DNA of 64,000 nt from a virus (Duplodnaviria; Caudoviricetes): positions 15,300 to 79,299 of the IMG/VR virus record IMGVR_UViG_3300032330_000956. One strand, given 5' to 3'. Positions 19,738-32,100 of this stretch are shown here, piece after piece. How positions within the stretch are numbered: position 1 is the first letter of the stretch; each line of letters starts with the position of its first letter. The translations under genes were made by a program, and so were the position numbers. The notes under the pieces were generated by a model. It was not told the DNA's origin, ran no database searches, and worked only from the letters and a program-made list of their open reading frames with translations.

Positions 19738-20660
19738 TATGTCACCGTCAGATAATATTCAATTTCTAGGGGCTGACCATATTTTGTTGTAACTAATGGA
19801 CCTGCAGAAGATGAGCGACTTACCAATTGTTGTTCAGATAGCTTGTTGCTACCGTCCATAAACTTAACTGCATCTAGATAAACTGTTCCATTCCCGCCAG
19901 CAAAACTTGCTGTTAGTCTATCAATTACATAATTAAAGGATGCTGTTGGATCGTTTAACATTCGTACCGATGCCGAATAATATCCAGAAGCAGATGTGCT
20001 TAATCTAATTGAAGATGAGGTCCAAGTATTCAACAAATCATCTGTCATAACAAATGTAAGACTTGGACTAACACTTGATGATGCAGCAACATAGTATAGC
20101 AACTGAATAAAATCATTGCTATTGAAGCCTGAAACATCTAAGCCAAATCCCGATCTTGTTGCAATACTTGCAGTAGGAACAGCAATGTTATAATAACCAA
20201 ATCTTGATGATCCACTGGTTGCAACATTAGATGCAGTTGCAACACTTGATCCTACAGACCAGTCACTTGATGCAGTTGATCCATAAAGCTCATCAAACTC
20301 GGAGATGTAAAGATTGTCTGCTGCGTCAGTATTAAAATAGTTTTGAGGAATAATTCCAATTTCATAAATAGATGCAACAAGAAGTGGGTCTAGACTAGCC
20401 TTAATAACAATTTGATTAGACCCAGATACTGGCTTATAAGTTTTCATGGTAATTGGTGAGCGACTTACTTCATAGGCTAAAGTGGTATCTGTTGATGCTG
20501 ATACTGTATATAAAGCACCAACCAATAAAGTACCCGCCCAATCCTGTGTGGATTGTGCTAAATATTTATTAATCATTTGAATACCGTTTGAAGTAACTAC
20601 GTTTTCTTTCTCCGCAATTATTTCTCCGTTAGACTTAAATATATATTTTCCTTTAATCAA
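19737..20660 (-). CDS. minor tail/baseplate protein
   Basis: MIKGKYIF..ENVVT..G..I N-terminus, Ser/Thr-rich, tail operon position. Confidence 0.65.
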   Translation of the reverse strand: MIKGKYIFKSNGEIIAEKENVVTSNGIQMINKYLAQSTQDWAGTLLVGALYTVSASTDTTLAYEVSRSPITMKTYKPVSGSNQIVIKASLDPLLVASIYEIGIIPQNYFNTDAADNLYISEFDELYGSTASSDWSVGSSVATASNVATSGSSRFGYYNIAVPTASIATRSGFGLDVSGFNSNDFIQLLYYVAASSSVSPSLTFVMTDDLLNTWTSSSIRLSTSASGYYSASVRMLNDPTASFNYVIDRLTASFAGGNGTVYLDAVKFMDGSNKLSEQQLVSRSSSAGPLVTTKYGQPLEIEYYLTVT

Positions 20661-21124
20661 CTTTCACTCGCATTAATTGTATATTCGTATTCTGCTGCTC
20701 CAGGCACATCATCAAAAACTAATGACGCAACCCATCTAACCATACCATCTGATGATGCAGAATTATCTTCTAGTTGATATGAAGTTACATCAATTGCTAG
20801 ATTTTGAGGGGCATCCAAAAAACCTACCACATCTTCAATCATTAAATCATCTTGAGTTGGCACTACCTCGCTATTATCTTCTGAAAGCATTGAATCTGGG
20901 TCAAACATCTCTCCAAAAGAATCATCAAAATAGTTTTTCTGTTCAAGATCTTGGATTTCAGCTTCTTGGTCAATAATTTCATAAACAACATCAGAAGATT
21001 CTAATCTGTCAATAGTATTTCTGGGATCGTCCCGATAAATAGTTATTTTCTTTTTAGTTGGAACTGTTGCTGGATTTACATATTTATGAGACTTTGTTGG
21101 TCTATGGTTAACATGACTTTTCAT
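20657..21124 (-). CDS. hypothetical tail-region protein
   Basis: 155 aa, C-terminal FnIII-like APQNL...W...F..V.GA..YE. Confidence 0.55.
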   Translation of the reverse strand: MKSHVNHRPTKSHKYVNPATVPTKKKITIYRDDPRNTIDRLESSDVVYEIIDQEAEIQDLEQKNYFDDSFGEMFDPDSMLSEDNSEVVPTQDDLMIEDVVGFLDAPQNLAIDVTSYQLEDNSASSDGMVRWVASLVFDDVPGAAEYEYTINASES

Positions 21125-21155
21125 ACTTACTCCTCCAATTACTATATTATACCAT

Positions 21156-24100
21156 CTATGGCATTATTATGGGTTTTATCGTTAATTGTGTTTCAGACAA
21201 TCCTTCGCTAAATCCCTGACTTACTGATGTTACAAGGCAGATTAAGGGCTTTGAACTATCCGTACCAATTCTTTTTAAAGTATAAACTAATTTAACAAAA
21301 TCCCCAACTTGAATCAATGGGTTTCCAAAAATAGAAATACTAATATCTGTATAGAAAGTATTAGCGGATTTTGATAGCAATTCCATCATGCCATCAATGT
21401 CTTTTTCAGATCCAACCCAATCTGCATTTAATTCAATACTCAGTCTTTGATTTGAATCAATGACACGTTCAACTCTTTTTTGCTCTGAAAGAAGCTGATA
21501 TTGTGACCAAATTTCTATTGGTTCGTGAGAGTTGTTATCTGTTCCAGATGAAAGTTCTACCGTTTCATTGCAGTTATTAACAACTACAAATTTAGACCTG
21601 AATGGCGATGCATAAAGACTGGAATACATCAAATCATTTTTTGTGATAGGTCCCGAAATTCCAGCTTTATTATTGGTTGTAGTAGCACTTGCTCTAGATC
21701 CATATACAACTGGAATAATTTTTGCTGTCCAAGGAATAATCGGTGTTAGTGCATTTGTAACATCGTAAAGCTTTATTCCTCTTGCTTGTGGTTGTGATTG
21801 GAATAAATATAAATTTGTTGTTTGATTAGGATTTTTAAATACTAAATTATTTAAAAAGTTTTTTGATGTAAAAAAGTATCTAGCATGAGATTCATATTGC
21901 TCTACTGGAATATTTTTTCCGTTTGTATCTGGAAGCACTGTGTCTGCATAAATTTCTTTAATATGCATTGTTACAGATTGATTAGTATCATTACATTTTA
22001 CATAAGCCCCAAAATTAGAACCCGCAGTTCCTTGAGAAAATCCTTTAAAGACACTTACGGTTGAAATCTTTTTTCCATCTACAGCAATATCAATATATCC
22101 ATTTGAAATGTACATAGATAATCTGTGGGTTTCTCCATCAAACATTCTTGGCAAGGAAATGTTTTCTATATATGCTATCTGCTTCCCACCTGATGGACTA
22201 AGCCTATACAAAGAAAGATAATACACGATGCCACGCTTTCCTGTAGAAGATTGCTTTGATGTAATCTCTAAGAAAAAGGTAGAGTTACTTTCCTTTGATC
22301 CAATTACAACATCTGAGTTTATTCCAGTCATATTAAAGAATATTCCTATAGATGCATTATGCAAATCTGTCCAATGACCAGTAACAACTTTTCTAGTTTG
22401 ATTTCCGTTTTTATCCGCTACCCACTTTTTTCCACTCCAATGACCATGCTGTGTTTTAGTAACATCCTTTACATCAGAGTTTGATGCGGGGGGAACGGAA
22501 AAATCTATTGCATACAAATTGTATCCTGCATCTTTTTGATTTTGTGGCGACATAAGGACATATTCGCCTTTCTTTTTTGCAGTCACAACAAGATCATTTG
22601 ACTTGATTGTAAATCTTGAAACTTTATCGTTTAATACAGCTTTTGTATCTGAAGTAGAATACAAGTATGTCTTAAATTGATTTTGAATATTATCTGGAGA
22701 ATAAATAATATGATCTGAAACAAGAGTTCCATATTTTCCTCTTTGTAGATTAACTAATCTTCCTGTTGGTTCATACTCAACTGAAGTAATTAAGTTTGTA
22801 TAAGAATTTCTAACTTCTTCAATTGCTTGGCTAATGTCTGCAGAACCTTTAATAATTTTTGTAATATACCCAGCATGATTTGTAGATGGATAAAATATGT
22901 ATTCCATACCATTGTATCCAACAATTTCATTTCCAATCAGAAGGTCTCCCGCATAATTGCTAATTGCTTTTTTTGGACCAGCAAAAGTAATGTTTGGATT
23001 AAAATGAATAGAATTTGATGTAGATCTCAAACTTTTTCTTAATTCAAATTTAGGAAGAGATATTGCTGATTCTTCCCACCAAATTTTTGGAGAAGATACG
23101 CTATTCTTAAAAAATACTTCTTTTGCTCCAGACTTGGCATTTCTTTTATCGTCTGCAACGCTGTCAAAAACTTTTGGAGTTTTGTAGTTAATAATAATTT
23201 TTCCTACTTTTTCAGAGATCTCTTCTGAATAACTATCTGAAATAATATTTGGATAATAAGTTATTCCACTAGCGGAAGTATTGGTATCTGTAATTGCAAA
23301 ATTAACTGATCCTGAATTTTTATTAAATGTTTGTAAAATTTTTGCAAGGCTTTGGAATCTCATAATTCCATACTCATCTATGAACGCCCCAATTTGATTG
23401 GCAATAAAAAGATCTTGCAAGTTTTCAAAAACGGATTTTGATTCATCGTACCAAAAACTGCTTGTGTTTGCTATATCTTGACATATGTATTTGAGAACAT
23501 CATAATCATAGTCACTAAATCCAGAAATATTTAGCATGGTTTTGATAACAGAAAAAAGATTTTCATTTCTTGATGAATAAGGTGTTGAATCAATTCCTTG
23601 ATAAAACTTTGTAATATCAAAAAGTTCTACTGAGACATTACTGATATCATCAATCCTCCAGCCATTTGAATACAAAACAAACTGACTAACATTTTCTGTA
23701 AGATCTGGCTGGAATGATGGAGATGTAAGGAATCCCGTAAACTTAACTCCCTGCCTCATAAGGTTATAAAATGTTGCACTAGATGACTGATTTTCAAAAA
23801 TAGTGTATGCGGATACATCATCTTGGTAAAAAGGAATATTGCTTATAGAAATAGTTCCACTATTTGAATTAATATAAGACAGGGGAAAACTATTTGAATT
23901 TGGAGAAGTTAATTCTTTTCTTACAGAATAATCTTGAACAATGGGAGTAATATCTACTTCAAGTCTTGGGGATAGCTCTATCAGGTGTAATCTAGTTTTA
24001 TCGTTATCGGATAGGTACTTTGAGTAGGTTGTCTTTGCAGTAGTGTTTGCACTAAAGCTAATTCCAACAACATTGTTAACAACATTTTGGAATGTCCCGC

Positions 24101-25649
24101 TTGAGCTTAATTGTGGTGGTGTTGTCCAAGAACTTGTTGACCAAGAAGAACCATTATAATATAAGGTTGTAAGACCAGAATTATTAAAGTCTGATGATGA
24201 TAAACTAATTGTAGATGGGGTACTTCCAGAACCTGTATATAGAACAACGCTTCCAGAATTAATTGTTTGAAATGTAGTAGCATACTTAATAACAATTTTA
24301 TTAATTGATAAATTAGAGTTATATCTTGCTTGAATTGATTGCTTGACACTATCAGAAATATAATATTTAAATTTTTCATAACCATCTGGCAAGATTTGTT
24401 GCTGAGGACTAAGAATTTCTTTTGCAATATATGACTGTGGATTTTTTACAGCAAAAGTTACAGGTTTTGTTGTTGATGCCGAACTGCCATTATAAACTGC
24501 TTTATCTTTGCTTGGAAGAAAAGGATGTAGTAATGCTTCTCCAGGTCGCATAGCTGAAAATGCTGATTCTGGTGGATAGTATTCGTTAAGAAAAAAATTG
24601 TGTTCTGTTATTGGATATAATTCAATTTTATCTACCCACAAAATTGAATTTTCATATTCAGATACCATGTCAAAAGATAGTTGAGCATAACTCATATCTG
24701 GAGAATTAGTATCATTTGGCACTCCAAACCAAACCTCAACTTTCTTCCAAGTATCTACAACTGCCTCAACTGTGCTAATATTTTTGTTTAGTGTGCCAGT
24801 TGTAATATCTGTTGATCGTACAAACTGATAGACATCTACACTTTGACTAGATGAGTTGTAGGCGTTAATTTTTGGAGTAACAAAAACGTGTGGATTAAAT
24901 GCTGCCGAAGGATATGCATCGGCATGCTTTGATAAATTATCTGTATACGAAAGTGATGATGTTGTTGTTCTATATGAACTATCAACCTTTCCGTTAACTG
25001 AACGATAAATTCTATATGCTGTAGCATTGTCATTTTTGTACCAACTTAAATAAACCGTTCCACTTCCACTAGAATAAACATCAATAGCATCTAAACTGTT
25101 TATATTTTTTACTTGCTCCCCGTTTGAATTAATACCAGCAACTCGATAAGTGTAAAGATTTGTACCAGAACTACTTACGTTGGCATTTTTAATTTGAGTG
25201 TATAGAGCATCCCCATCTGTATAATTAATTCCCGCCGTTTTTACAAAAAATACAAATTTATAAAAATAAGATGTTTTGGGCAGGGTAATAGAGTCGGATA
25301 TAACCCTTGACGCAATAATTCCAGACTCTTTGGAATCGGATGGGTCTATTTTGTCTAATGTTGTAAATTGTAGAACTGTTGATGCTGTATCGGTAGGATC
25401 TGGAATTCCTTGTCCAGATATTGAAACTATTGAAGAGTTTGTAGTGCTTGAACTTCCATTACTTACAAAACCATTATTCCAAAATGATGCAGAGTTAAGA
25501 CTTGCAGTAGCAATAGAAGTTCCACTTGATGATGTAACAACATATGGTTGAATGAATGAATTATAATTCCATTCCGCCCAAATTTGTGGAAGAATTGCAA
25601 TAGAATTAGCAGATGCAAATAGCTGTTGTGTTAATGAACTTCCTAACAT
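21156..25649 (-). CDS. large minor tail protein (baseplate hub / central fibre)
   Basis: 1497 aa, second gene after tape measure; FnIII-like LSW...ATAYRIYRS. Confidence 0.75.
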   Translation of the reverse strand: MLGSSLTQQLFASANSIAILPQIWAEWNYNSFIQPYVVTSSSGTSIATASLNSASFWNNGFVSNGSSSTTNSSIVSISGQGIPDPTDTASTVLQFTTLDKIDPSDSKESGIIASRVISDSITLPKTSYFYKFVFFVKTAGINYTDGDALYTQIKNANVSSSGTNLYTYRVAGINSNGEQVKNINSLDAIDVYSSGSGTVYLSWYKNDNATAYRIYRSVNGKVDSSYRTTTSSLSYTDNLSKHADAYPSAAFNPHVFVTPKINAYNSSSQSVDVYQFVRSTDITTGTLNKNISTVEAVVDTWKKVEVWFGVPNDTNSPDMSYAQLSFDMVSEYENSILWVDKIELYPITEHNFFLNEYYPPESAFSAMRPGEALLHPFLPSKDKAVYNGSSASTTKPVTFAVKNPQSYIAKEILSPQQQILPDGYEKFKYYISDSVKQSIQARYNSNLSINKIVIKYATTFQTINSGSVVLYTGSGSTPSTISLSSSDFNNSGLTTLYYNGSSWSTSSWTTPPQLSSSGTFQNVVNNVVGISFSANTTAKTTYSKYLSDNDKTRLHLIELSPRLEVDITPIVQDYSVRKELTSPNSNSFPLSYINSNSGTISISNIPFYQDDVSAYTIFENQSSSATFYNLMRQGVKFTGFLTSPSFQPDLTENVSQFVLYSNGWRIDDISNVSVELFDITKFYQGIDSTPYSSRNENLFSVIKTMLNISGFSDYDYDVLKYICQDIANTSSFWYDESKSVFENLQDLFIANQIGAFIDEYGIMRFQSLAKILQTFNKNSGSVNFAITDTNTSASGITYYPNIISDSYSEEISEKVGKIIINYKTPKVFDSVADDKRNAKSGAKEVFFKNSVSSPKIWWEESAISLPKFELRKSLRSTSNSIHFNPNITFAGPKKAISNYAGDLLIGNEIVGYNGMEYIFYPSTNHAGYITKIIKGSADISQAIEEVRNSYTNLITSVEYEPTGRLVNLQRGKYGTLVSDHIIYSPDNIQNQFKTYLYSTSDTKAVLNDKVSRFTIKSNDLVVTAKKKGEYVLMSPQNQKDAGYNLYAIDFSVPPASNSDVKDVTKTQHGHWSGKKWVADKNGNQTRKVVTGHWTDLHNASIGIFFNMTGINSDVVIGSKESNSTFFLEITSKQSSTGKRGIVYYLSLYRLSPSGGKQIAYIENISLPRMFDGETHRLSMYISNGYIDIAVDGKKISTVSVFKGFSQGTAGSNFGAYVKCNDTNQSVTMHIKEIYADTVLPDTNGKNIPVEQYESHARYFFTSKNFLNNLVFKNPNQTTNLYLFQSQPQARGIKLYDVTNALTPIIPWTAKIIPVVYGSRASATTTNNKAGISGPITKNDLMYSSLYASPFRSKFVVVNNCNETVELSSGTDNNSHEPIEIWSQYQLLSEQKRVERVIDSNQRLSIELNADWVGSEKDIDGMMELLSKSANTFYTDISISIFGNPLIQVGDFVKLVYTLKRIGTDSSKPLICLVTSVSQGFSEGLSETQLTIKPIIMP

Positions 25650-26173
25650 TAAATCTCCGTAAACTCTATTTGAACATTAACAATATCCGTTAGCTTGTAT
25701 CTCTTAACTATATTATAGTTAAAGTTGGTCATGAAAGCCTGAATTGTTTCAAAGGCAGCAGATGATGTTGATGGATAAAATGCTGAACTAGAATTTGCGG
25801 ATGCAGTATCTTGAGAGTGTGCAACTCTTAAATAAATTGGTTTAAATAGATTTGTTTCATAGAATGATTTCATCCAAGCCCCACCCTTATATCCATCAAC
25901 AGTCATTGTATATCCACCATATGTGGTAGATGATGATGCGGGATTTGCTGGAGTGCCTGTTCCAGAAGGAATTTCATTCCAAGAAACACTAAATCTTTTT
26001 TTCTTTGACACAACATATTTTCGCATAGTACCATTTGCCATGCGTTGTGCTTTTTCAATAATTTCATATCCAATATCAATAGGCTGGCGGTTATGATCGG
26101 TAAGTTGATAAAAAGTTGTAGATGCTGCTGATGTAGCAACTGAAATACCTGCTGATGCGGAATAATAAGGCAT
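25649..26173 (-). CDS. distal tail protein-like
   Basis: Immediately after TMP; R-MANGTMRKY...K..F.VSW. Confidence 0.65.
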   Translation of the reverse strand: MPYYSASAGISVATSAASTTFYQLTDHNRQPIDIGYEIIEKAQRMANGTMRKYVVSKKKRFSVSWNEIPSGTGTPANPASSSTTYGGYTMTVDGYKGGAWMKSFYETNLFKPIYLRVAHSQDTASANSSSAFYPSTSSAAFETIQAFMTNFNYNIVKRYKLTDIVNVQIEFTEI

Positions 26174-26174
26174 T

Positions 26175-29100
26175 TTATCCTAAAGTCCTTCCAGTAGACA
26201 TACTTCTACTTTCTCTTTGAATTGTTCTCATGACGGTTCTTGCAATTTCATCGGGATTGGCATTTGTGTCAACGCTTACGTTAATATTATACACTGAATT
26301 GTCACTAAACGAGTTATTATTATCACTAGCCATACCTCCAAATGAATAGTGTTTTGCTAACCCCCCAGCAGCATAATGTGGACCAAATGAGCCATCATTA
26401 ATAGCATTCATTAAGCCTACCCCATATTTACCAACCGAATTAGCTCTAACAACATACTCACCATTTGAAAGCATGGCGGGAATTGAATCTGAAGTCATAG
26501 TTCCTGGACCAGATATGTAACCACCAAACGCATAATTTTTGCCAGTAGCTGGATTAATAACGGGATGCCCATCCGATACCATTCCTGTGGTATCTAGTGA
26601 TGCTGGTGTATCTAAGGTTTTTCCATTTTCTGCATCCCATTGCAACCATTTATTTTCTTCCTTGCTCCAAACAAATTCTGAACCATTTGGTGTAAACCCA
26701 TGCATACCGTCTTTTACTCTTACAGGTTTTTTGTTTTTATTTGTTCCTGGGGACTCTGTTGCATCCCAGATAGATTTTGCTCTAGACACAGCTGCTGTTG
26801 CAGTTGTTCCTGGGTGAGCAATCATAATTCCTGCAGCAGTTTGTCTAACAAAATCTTTTTCTGCTTTTGTTGCAATTCCTGCCAGCATTCCAGAAACTTT
26901 ATCAATTGCTGCAGCAGCATTCAAAATAGATTGAATTCCAGGACTTTTTGAAACATTGTCAAAATAAGTGTGCCATTTATCTAGACTAATTCCCGAATCT
27001 GCAACAAGTTTTTTAATGCCATCATCTCCAGAAAGTGCTTTCCATGCAGACTTTGCATCTTTATATTTTCCACTTGTAAGTGCAGCAACCATTTTTTCTG
27101 CCAGTGTTTCTGCAGATGTTGCTGTGTTTTTGGTTGCTGTATCTACTGTAACTACAGTGCTATTGATTACACCCAACTGAGTAGTTAAAGCTTTTAGTTG
27201 AGTTTGTGCAGCATCAATTGCTGCCTGATGCCTTGCAATTTTTGCATCATCTGAAGCATCTGCTCGATCTTTTTTCTTTTGCTCGGCTTGTTTTAGCAAC
27301 TCTTCATTGTAAGCACTTTGAGCAGCAGCCATTGCAACAAGATCTCCAGTAGCACCCGCTCTGGTAATTCCCATTTTAAGATCTGCCAAAGTTCGTTCAT
27401 TTTGAATTTGTCTGTTTTGGGCATCTGCTACTTTATTTCTAGCTTCTTTTTCTTTATTAATCTCATCAATATAACCTTGTTCTTTTTCAATGGCTGCATT
27501 AACATGATCAATTTCTGCTTGTTTAGCATCTATAGAAGCTTGATGTGCTGCTTCCTTTGCTTTTTGAACTTTTTCAGCGTTTGCTGCAGCATTAGTATCA
27601 TTTTTTCCAGCAAGGTCTATAAGTCCCTGGAATCCAGTCATTCCCGCAGATTTTGCAGCATATATATCCATCATGCCATTTAAAGCATCTACGTTGCTGG
27701 TTAAAGCAAGAACTTGTTTATCTGTTATACTAAATCCAGCATTTGCCAAAGCGTCATACTTTGCAACACTATCTAAGCTAATGCCAGATTTATCAAGTTT
27801 AGTATTTAATTCAGCAAGTCTTGGATTTGTTGCGGAAACAACATTATTAAATTCTTTGAATGCTGCTGTGCTAGTTTTAAATTTACCAGAAACTGCCCCA
27901 GATAATCCTTGAATTTGTTTTGTAAACAATGCAAAATCTGGATTTTGTGCTGCTTGAGCAAGAACATCTCCCATGACGGTTGTTGAAGGAGCTTTACTTA
28001 ATGTATAATTTAAAGAATTTTCTTTAGTAAGATTCTTAACACCCATACCGCCAAGCACTTCACCAGTTTGTCCAACTGTTGCACCTGCACCCTGCAAATA
28101 CGCTTTAACTGCAGCATTGGCTTTTACCTTAGATCCTGTTAGTTCAAGGGTGCTTGCATAAGTAGTTGCCATAAGACCTTGAACTTTTTTAATGTCTTTG
28201 TCTTTTAATGCATCTTTCAAGTTCTTCATTGTTTTTTGAACTTCTGGGTCGTCAGAGTTTTTAAAGCTTTCCGCTAAATTATCAATAGTTTGTTTCATTC
28301 TGCTTGCAGCAGTAGAAAATGATTTAGACGAAAGAATGGTAGCATTACCAAATCCTTTAAGGCTTACTCCAAATGCTTCCATCGATGATGTTCCCATAAG
28401 AACTGCTGATTTTAATCCCGCTGCTGTATCTTCTGCTTTAACTTTTTGTTCTGAGAACCATTTTGTAGCCAGCCCGCCAACGCCACCAAGTGCAGCACCA
28501 ATTGCTGCTCCATATGGTCCAAACATAGCACCTAAAGATGCTCCCTTTGCCATTCCGCCTACTGCAGACTGTCCAAGACCTTCTGGCATTCTACTTGTAA
28601 GTGCATCTCCCGCAGCCGTAATCAATGGGGCAGCCATCATACCACCCATACTAAACTTAAGTTTACTCTTGCCCTCCGAATCTTTTAACGAACCTTTAAT
28701 TTTGTCCATCATGGAACCACTAGAAAGCCCACCACTAGAACCAATCATTTTTGCATTTGCTCTTTGATCTTTCATATCTTTAAGATTTTGTTTAAATGTT
28801 TCACCAATTCCTGGCAATGTATTTTTCATTTTAAAATTAAAATTACTAAATGTGGTAGCAACAGTGCTTAGACCATTCTTTACTGAACTTGCTGCCGATG
28901 AAATTGCTGTACCAACCTGTGATTGTTCCGATGCTCCTGTAGCAAAACCTGGAGCTTGTTTTAGAACTGCTCTATTTGCACCAGAACCACCATATCTTAT
29001 CTGATCTGATGGGGTAATTCCAGCAATTGTGCTTGCGTTTCTAATACGACTAAAAAGACCACCTATGCCAAATTTAGGAACATGACCGCCATTTGCAAAT

Positions 29101-32100
29101 TTTGCTGTACCGTTATTAATCCCTGCCATAAATGATGATCCATGTGCTGCAGTTGCTTGAGGGGACATGACGTATTCTCCATTTGAAAGCATAGCAGGAA
29201 TTTGTCCACCATTGGATGCTCCAAGTGCAGTCATCATGGACTTGAAGATCTTTAAGCCAGTTCTGCCTCTTCCTGCTGCAAGTTGTTCTAAAGGAACAGT
29301 TTGAATTCTTTTTGGACTTCTTGCTTTATTTGCTCCTGCAGCATTTTGAATGTATTCTCCATTCTTGAATGGGGTTCCGTCTGCATTATAATGATCCCAT
29401 TGAGTAGTTGAGATACCTGGTCTTCTAGTAACATAGGTTTCTCCGCTCTCGCTATAATATCTGACAGAACGATTTGGCATTACTTTTCTATTTGGAAAGC
29501 CTTCACGCACCCTTGTAGCACTTAATGCTCCTCTTGTCTCAGTTCCTTGTAATGATAAGTTTTTAGCAATAGATCTATAAATTTTTCTATCTTCTGGATT
29601 ATTAAAAATATTATTTTTTGCAAAACCATACCAGTCTTTGTCAGTCACCCTTGCTCGACCCATTTTCTGCAAATCAATTAAATAATTCATAGTTTTGTTT
29701 TTGTATTCAGCTGCTTTAGCTTCAGCGAAAAGACTAGCTTTTCTTGGACCCATTTTTTCAATAACAGAAGCGTATATATTTTTTTCTAAATCTCTTGTTG
29801 CCCAGGGAGTCTGCAACTCATGTAATAACCTTGATATGGGTGTTCCAGTTTTTTTGCCAAGTTGATGATTTGTAATTTCATTTATATTGAATCCATAGCC
29901 AACATGTCTTTCGTATCCTGGATCTATTTTTTTATCTGGTGCTATAGCATGAGCAAAAGCATCTTCTTTATCACCATATCTTCTAACTGGCTGATTCTTT
30001 GTTGTTGGATCGGAAAAATATTGAACTGGTCCACCTGTAGCATATCCTTTATTAATGGCATCAAGGGTGTCTCTGCCATACTTGTTTACGGATGATGCTT
30101 TGATTACATATTCCCCGCCCGAAAGCATTGCTGGAACCTTATCATCTTTTGGTCCACCTGGACCACTTACATATCCGCCAACAGCAAATTTTTGAATAAG
30201 ACCGCCATTTGCATGTCCAGCAATAAGTGCGCCTTGTCTTGTATAAGAAGCATCTCTTGTTGCAAGTCTTCTAAGAGAACGCATCCACGCTCCGCCCTTA
30301 GCTTCTCCAGCCATAGAAATTCCAGATTGTGCTTCTGCTCCAATCAAGGCTGCTTCAAATGTGGTTTGTGCTTGAGCGAGATTAGCAGCAAGTTCTGCAG
30401 TCATCATATTTACCATATTGGCAACTTGTGTTCCTGCTGCTAAAACTTCTTCTTTAAATGCTACGAATGCTTTACTTAGTGCAGCTGGTTTGTCAACAAT
30501 TGCTGGATCTGATGTTATAGCAAGAATTTCGGCATTCAATGCCTTAAGTTGGCTTTCTTCTGCATTAAGTAATGCATAGTTTGTTTCAACGTGAGTAACA
30601 ATAGTCTTATGGAATTCTTGTTCGCTAAAACTAACTTTTCCAATTGCTTTTTCTATTTCTAGTTGTTGTTCTGCAACTGGCAAAGCCCTAATCTTTTCTA
30701 GCTGTTGGGCTGCTAAAGAATCTTGTGCAATTGTACCACTAAGAATGTCGTCATGAATTTTTTCTAAATGAACTAATCCTCTTGTCATTACATCAGCTTT
30801 TGAAACACCAGTTTTTCCGCCATGAATAACATCTTCGTCTTTAAATTTTCTTTGGAGTTCTGCTTCTAAAGATCCTTCTGGAACTGCTTTGAATTGCGCT
30901 GTCAATCCCTCTGACATATATTTCTTTTGATAATCCTCATCTTTTCCAAGTAATGCTTGTTGGATGCTTGGATAGTTTGCCTGTTGTTCTGGAGACATTC
31001 CTTGCCAACCAGAATGTAGGCGGGATCCTGGGAACATATGAGGTCTTTCAATTCCTTGAATTTTTTTCTTGTCTGCTAAATAAGGATTAAGCATTTGCAT
31101 TTCAGCAAGGGTTTTTCCAGAATAATCTGTTACTTGCTTACCAATATTTTTAACACCACCGCCAGTAAAAATACCAACTGGGTTTTTAGCAATAGCCTCT
31201 AGGTTCATTCTTAATTCTTGAACAGCAACATTTAAGACACCAAAAGCTTGTTCAGCACTAATTGCTGAATCTCTCATAAAGTCTACATTTCTTGAGGCAG
31301 CAAGTGATGATACATCAATCTTTTCAAAGAAGTTAGACATTGCTCCAAGAGCACCCTTAATACCACCATCCTTAATGCCATCCTTAAACATTCTAAAGTA
31401 TAAAGCACCCTTCATTAAGCTTCCCACAAGGTTCATAAACAAACCAGAAAGCATAAGGATTGGACCAACTAATGCACCAAGTGTAAGAATTCCACCCAAA
31501 ATGTTTTTAAGTGGTCCAAGTTTGTTGATAAATTGCAGGACTTTAGAAAAAGCATTCATAATTACTGTAGCAAACTTAGTTACCTGCTGACCAATTGGAA
31601 GCATGGCAGCCTTAAAAGATTCCATAGCTCTTCTGTATCGACCTGTAACACTATTTGCTTGTTGGTCTAATTCTGCTTTGGCAAGATTGGCAAGGGATGT
31701 ATTGGATGCTCCTGCCAATTTAAATACTTGTTCTGTCTGGCTTCCTGCCTGACCTAAGTTATTAATAAGTGCTGTCATTTTAGCAAATTGGAATTTACCA
31801 AAAAGTTGTTCAATTAATTGAAGTCTTTGTTGTGGGTCAATGTTTGCAAGAGATGCTTGTAAATCCTGAACCATTAACATTAAGTTTCCAGCGTCTTTTG
31901 TTGTAATAGACTTAATACTAATTCCCATTGCATCGAAGGCTTTTACCGCTTTTGTACTTGGGTTAATTAAGGAAGCCATAGCAGATTTAATGGCATTTGC
32001 ACCTTCTGCTGCAGGAACTCCAGCTTCTCTTAGAGCAACCATCATAGCAGCAAGATCTTTGTATGACCCGCCAAGATCTGAAACCACGTTTGCTGCTCTT

